Shown in pieces: positions 16,641-25,500 of a stretch of DNA of 64,000 nt. The notes under the pieces were generated by a model. The model worked only from the letters and a program-made list of their open reading frames with translations, was not told where the DNA came from and made no database searches. The position numbers and the translations under genes are program-made. Where the stretch lies: NCBI GenBank assembly GCA_036264355.1, contig DATARD010000380.1:2084-66083 (forward strand). Reading direction: 5' to 3'. The stretch is from Thermoanaerobaculia bacterium (GTDB lineage Bacteria > Acidobacteriota > Thermoanaerobaculia > Multivoradales > UBA5704). How positions within the stretch are numbered: position 1 is the stretch's first letter; every line of letters starts with the position of its first letter.

Positions 16641-18416
16641 ATGTCCCTTTCGGAAAGAATCCAACAGATCAATCGGGAGATCAGCGCCACTGTGGACAGC
16701 GCTTTGGCTGAGCTGCGGCGCGACGTGGCAGAGCGGGTGCGGGCCAGCAGTGAGGAGATCGCGCGCCACGTAGAGGCGCTGGCTCCGCGGCTTCCGGCAT
16801 CGTTCCTGGCGCATGAGGACCTGAGCCAGGTCGCCGAGAGCATGGCCCGCGAGGCCGCCGACCAGGCGAGCCGCGAAGCGGCCGGCAAGGCGGCCGCGGC
16901 GGCCGCCGCGGCCGCCCATCAGGCCGCCGGTCAGGTGGCCGCGGCGGCGCGCAGCGGCGCGGTGGACCTCCGCGACGCCCTCCAGGCCGTCGACCGGGCG
17001 CGCTCGCAGGCCGACATCCTGGCCGCCCTGTTGCGCGAAGCGCAGCGCTTCGCCGGCCGCACCGCGGTCGTGCTGGTGCGCGGCAACGAGATGCGGGGCT
17101 GGGGCGGGCATGGGTTCGGCGACGCCGACGCGGCGCTGCGCGACCTCGCATTCACCCCCGGCGCGACCGGCGGCTGGGCGCGCCTGGCGCAGGGGCAGAG
17201 CGCGATCCATCTGAGCGCCGCCGACGCCGGCGAGCTGTGCAGCCGCATCGAGGCGCCGCTGCCGCATGAGGGCGTCCTCATCCCGCTGGTGCTGCGCGAC
17301 CGCGTCGCGGCCGGCCTGTATGCCGACCGCGCCGATCAGGACGGCGGCCTGCCCGCCGTGGAGGCGCTCCAGATTCTCTGTTACACCGCGGCGCAGGCGA
17401 TCGAGCTGCTCCCCTTCCGCGAGCGCGCGTTCACCGCCACGCTGGCGACCGGGGACGGGCTCGCCTATATGCCGCCGGCGGCGCCAGCCGCCGCCGAGCC
17501 TCCGGCGGCCGCCGCTCCGGTCACGGCGCCCGAGGAGCCGCTCGCCACGGCCCGCATCGAGACCCTGCCGCAGACCGCGGCCGAAGAGCTGCCGGAGATC
17601 GAGGTCGAGGCGGAGCCCGAGCCGCCGGGCGATGCCCTGGTCGAGGCCGCGGCTCCCTGGGCGCCGGCGGCCCCTGAGCAGGAGATCGAGGCCGAGGCGC
17701 TCCCCGAGCTGCCGGCCGAATTGCCTGCCGATCTGCCCCCCGAGTTGCCGGACACTGCGCTGGAGGCCGAGCCTGAGCCGGCCCCCGCGCCGCCTCCGTA
17801 CTCGCCGGCGGCCACCGTCTACCAGCCGATCCCCCGCGAAGCGCTGCGCTCCTTCGAGGAGACACCGCAGGCACCCGGCGTGACGCGGCTGACCACTCCC
17901 ATGCCGTTGCCGCCCCCCGAGCTGGCTTCCAGCAGCCCGGACGAGACGGTGATGCTGCAGCGGCCCTCCCTGCGCGAGATGCCGCCCGAAGCCCCGCCCC
18001 CGGCGCCTGCTCCGCCGCCTCTGCGGTCGGTGCCGCCGCCCGCGCCCGAGCCTCCGGCGGAGGCGCCGAGCCTGGCCGGCATCCCGGAGGTCAAGCCGCC
18101 GAGCGGTGTCGAAGGTCCGGGCTGGGCGTTCGCCACCAGCCGTGTCGCCGTGTCGCCCAATGAAGAGGCGCTGCACGAGGAGGCGCGCCGCCTGGCCCGC
18201 CTGCTGGTCAGCGAGATCAAGCTCTATAATGAGGAGCAGGTGGAAGAAGGACGGCGAAAGAAAGATGTGTATGAACGGCTGAAGGAGGACATCGACCGCT
18301 CGCGCCAGATGTATGAGGAGCGCGTCGAGCCGAGAATCCTCAAGTCGACGGATTATTTCTACCAGGAATTGGTGCGCATCCTGGCCGCGGGCGATTCCAA
18401 AGCCCTGGGTATCTGA
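16641..18416 (+). CDS. Hypothetical protein: N-terminal globular region, ~200-aa Pro/Ala/Glu-rich linker, conserved-looking C-terminal helical domain
   Basis: 591-aa ORF. C-terminus is EEARRLARLLVSEIKLYNEEQVEEGRRKKDVYERLKEDIDRSRQMYEERV. I cannot name a family with confidence. Confidence 0.6.
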   Translation: MSLSERIQQINREISATVDSALAELRRDVAERVRASSEEIARHVEALAPRLPASFLAHEDLSQVAESMAREAADQASREAAGKAAAAAAAAAHQAAGQVAAAARSGAVDLRDALQAVDRARSQADILAALLREAQRFAGRTAVVLVRGNEMRGWGGHGFGDADAALRDLAFTPGATGGWARLAQGQSAIHLSAADAGELCSRIEAPLPHEGVLIPLVLRDRVAAGLYADRADQDGGLPAVEALQILCYTAAQAIELLPFRERAFTATLATGDGLAYMPPAAPAAAEPPAAAAPVTAPEEPLATARIETLPQTAAEELPEIEVEAEPEPPGDALVEAAAPWAPAAPEQEIEAEALPELPAELPADLPPELPDTALEAEPEPAPAPPPYSPAATVYQPIPREALRSFEETPQAPGVTRLTTPMPLPPPELASSSPDETVMLQRPSLREMPPEAPPPAPAPPPLRSVPPPAPEPPAEAPSLAGIPEVKPPSGVEGPGWAFATSRVAVSPNEEALHEEARRLARLLVSEIKLYNEEQVEEGRRKKDVYERLKEDIDRSRQMYEERVEPRILKSTDYFYQELVRILAAGDSKALGI

Positions 18417-18468
18417 CCGCGGAGCGAAACAGCACCTGAAGACGGCCCCGGGATAAGCCGGGACCTGG

Positions 18469-20754
18469 TTGGAGCAGTTGGTGGATTCCGAGAAGCTTGC
18501 AAGACGTCATTCTCCGGCCTATCGCCGGCGCGCGCGCCCGATCTTCAGGATCGCCGCGCCGATCCTGCTCGTCCCCCTCCTGTTGGGCTTCGCCTCCCAG
18601 ACCGTCCCGCGGACGGCGCCGATCCGCGCCCTGCCGGGCGCCTCCGACCGCGCCTCCCTGCTCTACGCCGACGCCGCCTCCGCAGTCCGAAGCAAGGACT
18701 GTGCCGGTGCTTTCAAGATTCTCGCTCCCCTGACCGGCGACCGCGGTGCCGGCGGCTCCTTCGCCCGGCTCCTGAGCGGTTTCTATGCCCACTCCTGCGA
18801 GCAGGTGGCCCTCGCCGAGGACCGGCTGTACAACGCCGGCGATCCCGACGGCGTGCTGGAGGATTGGCGTCTTTACATTCTGAGCGACACGGCGACCGCG
18901 CGCGGCCATATTCTGGTGGCGCAGAACGCGCTCGCCAAGCTGCTCGGCGACTATCCGGCCTCGCCCTTGCGTCCGCGGGCCCTGGTCAAGGCGGCGAGCC
19001 TCGCCTGGCAGCGCGGCGATTCGCGGCGGGCGCTGGAGCTCATCGGTCAGGGGCGGCGCGAGTCGATCCAGGGAGACGAGGCGACGCAACTGGAACGGCT
19101 CGCCTGGGAGATCGGCACCCGGCTGCCGGACGACACCATCCGGCGCGAGGCCGGCCGCCGGCTCCTCACCGACTCGCCGGCCGCGGCCGCCGAGATGCAG
19201 GTGGCCGAGATCTTCCGCCTCCCCAACGGCACGCTGAGCTGGTCGTCCGTGCTCACCCCGGAGCAGCTCGCACGCAGGGCGCGCGCCCTGCTCGTCCTCA
19301 AGCTCGAGCCCAATGCGGCGGCGGCGCTCGACGCCGTCCCCGCGGCGAGCCGCGATCTCGACTGGATGCTGCTGCGGGCGGAGATCCTCACCCGTCTCCA
19401 CCAGGGCGCGGAGGCATTGGCCCTCCTCGCGCCGCTCACTGCCCAGGGGAAGCAGGCGGCGGCCCTGGAGTGGGGGCGCGCCCAGGCCGCCGCGGACGTG
19501 GCCACCGCCTTCCGCGGCCGCAGCAACCGCCCGTCTCCCGAGCGGCAGCACATGCGCCTCCTCTCCCGCCAGTCGCTCGCCAAGGTCGCGCAGATCGGCA
19601 CCGCCCCCGAGCTGGCGGTCAAGGCGTTGCGCAGCCTCTACGCCGACCAGGTGGACGACAACCTGTTCGACCAGTCGATCGAAAGTCTGCGCTCCCTGCG
19701 CCGCCTCGATCCGCTGGACACCACCGGCGCGGCCAACCTGTGGAGCCAGGGGTGGCGGGAGTACGGCAAGAAGAACTACTCCGGCGCGGTGGGCTACTGG
19801 ACGGAGCTGTTCGCGCTCTACCCGGAGGACAGCGCGGCGCGGCGCGGCCGGTACTGGACGGCGCGCGCCTTCGCAGCGCTCGGCGAGAGCGAGCGGTCGC
19901 AGCAGATCTTCCGCGAGGTCGCGGCGTCCGACACCACCGACTTCTACCGCGAGAACGCCCTCGCCCGGTTGCAGAAGAAGCCGGCCAGCGATGCTCGAAG
20001 CCAGGCCGGCGAGCCGGCTGCCGTCGAGGCGTGGCCGAACGATCCGGTGTTGACGCGGGCGCGCCTGCTCACCGATCTCGGGCTCGACGATCTCGCCGGC
20101 TCCGAGCTCGAGCTGGCGCGCGCCAAGGCGCAACCGCGTTCGGTGCGCGCCCTGGAGGCGCTGATCCTCGCCCGCCGGGGCGACCGCCGGAAGAGCGTGC
20201 TCGCCATTCGGGAAGCGTTCCCGGCCCTGGGCGGCGCCTGGCAGGCGCGCCTGCCGGAAGACGCGCGGCGGCTCTACTATCCGCTCGACTACCAGGAGCC
20301 GATCCGCAACTGGGCGACGCAGAACCGCCTGCCGCCGTATCTGGTGTTCGGCATCATCCGCCAGGAGAGCGCCTTCGACACCAACGCGCAGAGCTGGGCG
20401 GGCGCCCGCGGCCTGATGCAGCTCATGCCCTCGACCGCCAAGGAGCTGGCCGGCAAGCTCGGCCTCCCCTACACGCACGACAAGCTCTCGGACCCCGAGT
20501 TCAACGTGCGCCTCGGCACCCACTACTTCAGCCATGTGCTGGGGCTGTTCGACGGCAACGTCGATCTCGCCCTCGCCGGCTACAACGGCGGCCCCTACCG
20601 CATCAAGCGCATGTGGAACGAGTGGAAGGCGGGCGGGGCTGGAGACATGGACCGCTTCCTCGAAGGGCTCAACCTCGAAGAATCGAAGACCTACGTGAAG
20701 CGTATCCTCGTGCTTTCCGACAGCTACCGGCAACTGTACCCGCTCCCCGGATGA
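18469..20754 (+). CDS. Soluble lytic murein transglycosylase (Slt70-like)
   Basis: C-terminal SLT domain IIRQESAFDTNAQSWAGARGLMQLMPSTA and a superhelical N-terminal region. TTG start is uncertain. Confidence 0.85.
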   Translation: MEQLVDSEKLARRHSPAYRRRARPIFRIAAPILLVPLLLGFASQTVPRTAPIRALPGASDRASLLYADAASAVRSKDCAGAFKILAPLTGDRGAGGSFARLLSGFYAHSCEQVALAEDRLYNAGDPDGVLEDWRLYILSDTATARGHILVAQNALAKLLGDYPASPLRPRALVKAASLAWQRGDSRRALELIGQGRRESIQGDEATQLERLAWEIGTRLPDDTIRREAGRRLLTDSPAAAAEMQVAEIFRLPNGTLSWSSVLTPEQLARRARALLVLKLEPNAAAALDAVPAASRDLDWMLLRAEILTRLHQGAEALALLAPLTAQGKQAAALEWGRAQAAADVATAFRGRSNRPSPERQHMRLLSRQSLAKVAQIGTAPELAVKALRSLYADQVDDNLFDQSIESLRSLRRLDPLDTTGAANLWSQGWREYGKKNYSGAVGYWTELFALYPEDSAARRGRYWTARAFAALGESERSQQIFREVAASDTTDFYRENALARLQKKPASDARSQAGEPAAVEAWPNDPVLTRARLLTDLGLDDLAGSELELARAKAQPRSVRALEALILARRGDRRKSVLAIREAFPALGGAWQARLPEDARRLYYPLDYQEPIRNWATQNRLPPYLVFGIIRQESAFDTNAQSWAGARGLMQLMPSTAKELAGKLGLPYTHDKLSDPEFNVRLGTHYFSHVLGLFDGNVDLALAGYNGGPYRIKRMWNEWKAGGAGDMDRFLEGLNLEESKTYVKRILVLSDSYRQLYPLPG

Positions 20755-20824
20755 GGCGCCTCTGAGTCCGACGACGACAACGCGGCCGGAGAAGGCTCAC
20801 AGAGGCCGCCTCGCTCTGCTCCTC

Positions 20825-22204
20825 TTGCCTCTTCTTTGTCTCCCCACTCTGGCCTGCCGTACCGCCGCTCCGCCGGAGCGGGGGCCGATCGTGCTGATCA
20901 CGCTCGACTCGCTACGCGCCGACGTCGTCGACGGTGGCCTGATGCCCAACCTGGAGGCGGTGGCGCGGCAGGCGGACTGGTCCGGGCGCGGCATCGCGGC
21001 GTCGAGCTGGGGTGTGCCGGCGATGGCGTCGCTGTTCACCGGCCTGCGGCCGTGGCAGCATCAGGCGCTCGAGGTCGACCAGGCGACTCTCGCTCCGAAC
21101 CTGATCACCCTGCCGAAGGCGCTCGGCGCGCGCGGCTACGAGACCGCCGGCTACTGGACCAACCCGCTCTACTCCGAGAAGCGCGGCTACGCCCAGGGGT
21201 TCGACGTCTATGAGAACCTCGGCCGCGGCCGGCGTGCCGCCGAGCGGCTGGAGAATCTCGGCCCCGGGCGGCAGTTCCTCTGGATCCACCTGCCCGAGCC
21301 TTCAGCTCCCTACGTCCGGCACGACGAGATGATTCCCCGCCTCGGCCCGGATGCGCCGGCCGAGCTCCCGGAGCGCATCCTCCCCGAGCAGCTCCAGGGC
21401 TTTTTCGACCCCGGAAAACCGATCCCGCCCGGCAAACGGCGCCGCTTCTGGGCCATGTACCGCCTCAACGCGGCGTGGGCCGACGAGCGGCTGGGCCGCC
21501 TGCTCGACAGCTTGCGCGCCAGCGGCCAGTGGGACCGCACGCTCCTGGTGATCACCGCCAACCACGGCGAAGAGGTGGGAGAGAACGGGCAGGTGCTGCA
21601 CGGCGGCAACCTCTGCCGGCCGCTCCTCGAAGTGCCGCTGGTGATCAAGCTGCCGCGCGGCTTCCGGCAGCACATCGCCGAGCCGCCGCAGCAGCGCGTC
21701 GCGATGACCCGGCTGTGGGCGACCCTGATCGAAGCGGCCGGCGGCACCGCGCCGCCGGCGATCGCGCCCAGCCTGTTCCGGCACACTGGCGGACCGGTGC
21801 TCTCCGAGCTCTATGAAGTGAACAGCTCCAACCTCTTCTCCCTGGTGGACGGCGACGACCAGCTCCTCTGGGAGGCGCGCTTCGGGCCTCCCGATCCGGC
21901 CTACTACCGGGCGCTCGCAGAGGCCGGAGATCCGGACGCCGAGACCGATGCGGAGGCCGTGTTCGAACGTCTCACCAAGGCGTTCCGCGCGGCGCCGCCG
22001 CTCTCCGGCAATCCGGAGATGGGTCCGCCCAGGCTGACCCTGGTGCACTGGGACCCGGTGGGAAGCCATGTGGTGGACGATCCGGCACGAGCCCGGCAGA
22101 TGGCGCCGCGCCTGGTGGCAGCCTGGCGCCGCTTTCTGCCCGATGAGCTGCCGGCCGCCATGGAACGTTTGGAGTGGGCACCGCGGAGTGGAGGAACGGG
22201 ATGA
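20825..22204 (+). CDS. Sulfatase / alkaline-phosphatase superfamily protein
   Basis: The ITLDSLRADV metal-site block and the HLPEPSAPY and ITANHGEE blocks. The true start may lie upstream: the in-frame LALLLLPLLCLPTLAC leader has no ATG/GTG/TTG before it. Confidence 0.75.
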   Translation: MPLLCLPTLACRTAAPPERGPIVLITLDSLRADVVDGGLMPNLEAVARQADWSGRGIAASSWGVPAMASLFTGLRPWQHQALEVDQATLAPNLITLPKALGARGYETAGYWTNPLYSEKRGYAQGFDVYENLGRGRRAAERLENLGPGRQFLWIHLPEPSAPYVRHDEMIPRLGPDAPAELPERILPEQLQGFFDPGKPIPPGKRRRFWAMYRLNAAWADERLGRLLDSLRASGQWDRTLLVITANHGEEVGENGQVLHGGNLCRPLLEVPLVIKLPRGFRQHIAEPPQQRVAMTRLWATLIEAAGGTAPPAIAPSLFRHTGGPVLSELYEVNSSNLFSLVDGDDQLLWEARFGPPDPAYYRALAEAGDPDAETDAEAVFERLTKAFRAAPPLSGNPEMGPPRLTLVHWDPVGSHVVDDPARARQMAPRLVAAWRRFLPDELPAAMERLEWAPRSGGTG

Positions 22205-22239
22205 TATACTGTCAAATCGCCCCGACAGGGCTCTCTCCC

Positions 22240-22312
22240 GGGTCCATAGCTCAGCGGTTAGAGCATCCGGCTCATAACCGGACGGTCCCTGGTTCGAACC
22301 CAGGTGGACCCA
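22240..22312 (+). tRNA. tRNA with CAT anticodon (elongator tRNA-Met, or tRNA-Ile2 if lysidinylated); no encoded CCA
   Basis: Hand-folded 73-nt cloverleaf. Acceptor stem is GGGTCCA/TGGACCC. Anticodon loop is CTCATAA, with CAT at 22273-22275. T-loop is TTCGAAC. The G1-C72 pair and a non-GGG anticodon stem argue against an initiator. Confidence 0.9.
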
Positions 22313-22314
22313 CT

Positions 22315-22357
22315 TTGAAGGTGTCCTCTTCTCATCGAGACCTTCAACTTGTTTCTT
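22315..22357 (+). terminator. Possible tRNA terminator hairpin
   Basis: 8-bp stem TTGAAGGT / ACCTTCAA with a 17-nt loop, followed by CTTGTTTCTT. Confidence 0.35.
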
Positions 22358-22395
22358 GAACAGTTGTTCTTTGGAGAGGAGTCAGAATCTTAGTC

Positions 22396-23145
22396 ATGAA
22401 TCCGCACCTCGAGACCATCGTGGAGCTGCAAAGCGACATCTCCCAACTGAAGGAAGCCGATGCACGGCTGCACGGCATTCCGGACTGGATGCGTGAGCTC
22501 CATGAAGAGCACGTCAAGCGCAAAGCGGAAATCGATGCTTTGGAGCAGGCGGCCGAAGAAGCCGCCCGCGAACGGCGGACCGCCGAGGCCGTGACCCAGG
22601 ATGCGCAGGAGAAGCTCAAGAAGTACCAGCAGCAGATCAACAAGGTGAGCACGCAGCGTGAGTACGGCGCTCTGTTGCAGGAGATCGACACGGTCAAGAA
22701 CCAGATCTCCGCCTCCGAAGAGCAGGCCCTCTCCGCCCTGGAGCGGCACGACAAGGCCCAGGAGGAGCTGAAAGAGAAGCGGGAGGGCTTCCGCGAGCTC
22801 GACGAGCGCTATGCCGCCGAGCAGGCCCGCTGGGGAGCCGAGAAGCCGGCGATCGCCAAGCGGGTGGAGTCCTTGCGCACCCGCATCGCCGAGCTGCGCG
22901 GCCAGCTTCCGCGCGCCGCCCTGTCGCTCTTCGACCGCATCCTGGAGCGCCACCCCGGTGCCGCCCTGGCCGAGGTCCGCATCATCGAGCGCCCCGGCGG
23001 CAAGCAGCGCGAGTGGCATTGCACCGCGTGCAACTACCGCGTCCGCCCGCAGGTCGTGGTGGAGATCCGCAACACCGGCAACCTGGTCCAGTGCGACAGT
23101 TGCAAGCGGATCCTGACCATCGATCCCGAGCCGCCGCAGAGCTGA
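22396..23145 (+). CDS. Coiled-coil protein with C-terminal C4 zinc ribbon (COG1579-like)
   Basis: Long heptad-like region, then CTACNYRV ... CDSCKRIL. Confidence 0.8.
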   Translation: MNPHLETIVELQSDISQLKEADARLHGIPDWMRELHEEHVKRKAEIDALEQAAEEAARERRTAEAVTQDAQEKLKKYQQQINKVSTQREYGALLQEIDTVKNQISASEEQALSALERHDKAQEELKEKREGFRELDERYAAEQARWGAEKPAIAKRVESLRTRIAELRGQLPRAALSLFDRILERHPGAALAEVRIIERPGGKQREWHCTACNYRVRPQVVVEIRNTGNLVQCDSCKRILTIDPEPPQS

Positions 23146-23158
23146 AGGCCGGCCGCCG

Positions 23159-23914
23159 GTGGACGACAATGCCCACGAAGCGGATGATGCCGCCGAGCTG
23201 CCGGCGCGGCTGGCGGCGGTCCGCGACCGCATCGCCGCCGCCTGCCGCCGGACCGGCCGCTCCCCCTCCGAGGTGGTCCTCCTCGGCGTGAGCAAGACCC
23301 ACCCCGCCGCCGCGGTCGAGGCGGCGTGGCGGGCCGGCCTCCGCACCTTCGGGGAGAACCGTGTGCAGGAGGCGCTCGCCAAGAGCCGCGAGCTGGCCCA
23401 CCTGCCGCCGCCTCCCCCAGCAGCAGACGGCCCGGAGTGGCAGCTCATCGGCCCGCTGCAATCCAACAAGGTCCGCGCCGCCCTCGAGCTGTTCCGCACC
23501 ATCCACTCGATCGACCGGCCGAGCATCGCCGAGGCGCTCGACCGCGAAGCCGCCGCCCGTGGCCTCCAGCTCACCGGCTTCCTGGAGATCAACGTCGGCG
23601 GCGAAGCCAGCAAGCATGGCTTCGTGCCCGAGGGGCTCGCCGAGGCCGTGCGTCCCCTCGCCGGCTTGCAGCACCTGCGCATCGCCGGCCTGATGGCGAT
23701 CCCTCCCCAAGGGGACGATCCGGAGGACTCGCGCCGCTGGTTCGTCCGCCTGCGCGAGCTGCGCGACGCGCTCACCGCGCGGCCCGAGTGGTCCGGCTGG
23801 TCCGGCTGGCTCTCCATGGGGATGAGCCACGACTTCGAGATCGCCATCGAGGAGGGAGCCACCCACGTGCGGGTCGGCACGGCCATTTTCGGCACCAGGA
23901 TCTCCAAAGCGTAG
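23159..23914 (+). CDS. yggS: YggS-family pyridoxal-phosphate homeostasis protein
   Basis: LLGVSKTHP (PLP lysine), FGENRVQEA, LSMGMSHDFEIAIEEGATHVRVGTAIFG. Confidence 0.9.
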   Translation: MDDNAHEADDAAELPARLAAVRDRIAAACRRTGRSPSEVVLLGVSKTHPAAAVEAAWRAGLRTFGENRVQEALAKSRELAHLPPPPPAADGPEWQLIGPLQSNKVRAALELFRTIHSIDRPSIAEALDREAAARGLQLTGFLEINVGGEASKHGFVPEGLAEAVRPLAGLQHLRIAGLMAIPPQGDDPEDSRRWFVRLRELRDALTARPEWSGWSGWLSMGMSHDFEIAIEEGATHVRVGTAIFGTRISKA

Positions 23915-23992
23915 GCATGCTAAGATGTCTATCCTTTTTCTGTGTACGAGCTGCGGGCAGACATCGAAGCTGAGACCGAAGGAGCTGCTGGT

Positions 23993-24493
23993 ATGAGCAT
24001 CACGCCCCTTGAAGTCCAAAAAATGCGTTTCTCGCAGCGGATGCGGGGCTACGACACCAGCGAGGTGGAAAACTTCCTCTCGCTGATGGCCGAAGAGCTG
24101 ACCGACCGCCTGGGTGAGATCGAGAAGCTGGACCGCGAGAACCGTTATTTCCGGCAGCGCCTGGAGGAAGGGCAACAGCGGGAGCATCAGCTCCAGCAGA
24201 CCCTCCTGCGGGCGCAGAAGGTGTCCGACGAGATCCTCGCCAACGCCCGCCGCGAGGCCGAGCTGACGGTGAAGGAAGCCGAGATGGCCGCCGACAAGAT
24301 CGTGCAGCAGGCGATCGACCAGTCGACCCGCTTCGAAGGCAAGATCGGTGAGCTCCGCGCGACCCGCCGCGAGCTGCAGCTCCGCTTCAAAAACACCCTC
24401 GAGCTCTTCCAGCAGATCCTGGAAGCGGAGATGGACGACGAGCGGAACACCGCGACCGTCCTCACCATGCCGCGCAAACGGCGCGAGGCCTGA
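23993..24493 (+). CDS. DivIVA domain-containing protein
   Basis: MSITPLEVQKMRFSQRMRGYDTSEVENFL followed by coiled coil. Start is ATG 23993 behind GGAG. Confidence 0.85.
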   Translation: MSITPLEVQKMRFSQRMRGYDTSEVENFLSLMAEELTDRLGEIEKLDRENRYFRQRLEEGQQREHQLQQTLLRAQKVSDEILANARREAELTVKEAEMAADKIVQQAIDQSTRFEGKIGELRATRRELQLRFKNTLELFQQILEAEMDDERNTATVLTMPRKRREA

Positions 24494-24606
24494 TCCTGTC
24501 CGCCGACCTCCTGCCTCCCATCCCCTCCGGCACCCGGCGTCTCCTTCACGGCTACGACGCGGTCGATGAGGCTGACCTGGCCGATCTGGCACATGGCCGG
24601 ACGCTG

Positions 24607-24810
24607 GTGATCGCCCGTCTGCTCGAGGACGGCGACGGCGCCGATCTCGCCTGGCTCTGCGAAGCCGTGCCGGAAGCGGATCTCGCCGCCTGGCTCGGCC
24701 GCCACGGCCGCCGCAAGCTGTCGCGCCGCAGCCGCGCCTTCTGGCAGGTCGTGCTCGGCGTTCCCACCGTCCCAGGGAACGAAACCGGGAGCGCGCTGTG
24801 GCCGCTCTGA
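24607..24810 (+). CDS. Small putative cognate (antitoxin-like) protein of the downstream nucleotidyltransferase; start unresolved
   Basis: The frame is open and protein-like back to 24493 (ILSADLLPPIPSGTRRLLHGYDAVDEADLADLAHGRTLV...), but the first ATG/GTG/TTG is GTG 24607. It overlaps the next gene by 13 nt. Confidence 0.35.
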   Translation: MIARLLEDGDGADLAWLCEAVPEADLAAWLGRHGRRKLSRRSRAFWQVVLGVPTVPGNETGSALWPL

Positions 24811-25487
24811 CCCTGGCGCACCTCGAATCGCTCTCGCCGCGCGCCCAGGAGCTGGTGGCCCGCATCGCGCCCTACGCCTGGGCCGAGGAGAGCTACCTCG
24901 CCGGCTCCGCGGCCCTCGCTCTCTACGTCGGCCATCGTCCGGTGCAGGATCTCGACCTGATGACCGGCACCAACCGCCTCACTCCGCCCGACCGCCGCGA
25001 TCTCCTCGGCGACCTGCTCGCCCTCGATCCGGCGACCGAGGTGGAGACGGCACGCGACGGCTATCTCTATGCCCGTCTCGCCGGCGGCGTCGGCCTGCGC
25101 TTCTTCTACTATCCCTATCCGCTGATCGATCCCTTCGAGGATCTTTCCGGCCTCGCGGTCGCCTCGGCGGTCGATCTGGGTCTGATGAAGATCGCCGCCA
25201 TCATCAGCCGCGGCACCCGGCGCGACTTCGTGGACCTCTATCTGCTCTGCCGCGAAATCCCGCTCGGCGAGCTGCTGGCCCGCGCCGGCGACAAGTTCGG
25301 CCACGTCCGCGACTTCCCCCTCCAGGCGCTCAAAGGTCTCGCCGACTTCTCGGACGTCGAAGGCGAGCCGATGCCGCGTCTCGCACGTCTCGCACGTCTC
25401 GCAACACCGCTCGCCTGGGAGGACGTCGAAGCCTGGGCCCGGCGCGAGGTGCGCGAGCTCGGGCGGGGGTTGGTGGGATTGGAGTAG
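24798..25487 (+). CDS. Nucleotidyltransferase, AbiEii/AbiGii toxin-like family
   Basis: LAGSAALALYVGHRPVQDLDL (GS...DxD NTase motif) and LMKIAAIISRGTRRDFVDLY. Confidence 0.7.
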   Translation: MAALTLAHLESLSPRAQELVARIAPYAWAEESYLAGSAALALYVGHRPVQDLDLMTGTNRLTPPDRRDLLGDLLALDPATEVETARDGYLYARLAGGVGLRFFYYPYPLIDPFEDLSGLAVASAVDLGLMKIAAIISRGTRRDFVDLYLLCREIPLGELLARAGDKFGHVRDFPLQALKGLADFSDVEGEPMPRLARLARLATPLAWEDVEAWARREVRELGRGLVGLE

Positions 25488-25500
25488 ACTCCCGGGCGCC

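Noticed and set aside
22240-22312. The tRNA(CAT) as an initiator tRNA-fMet.
   Set aside because: It has a Watson-Crick G1-C72 pair and lacks the three consecutive G-C pairs (G29-G31) in the anticodon stem that mark bacterial initiators. Elongator Met or tRNA-Ile2 remains open.
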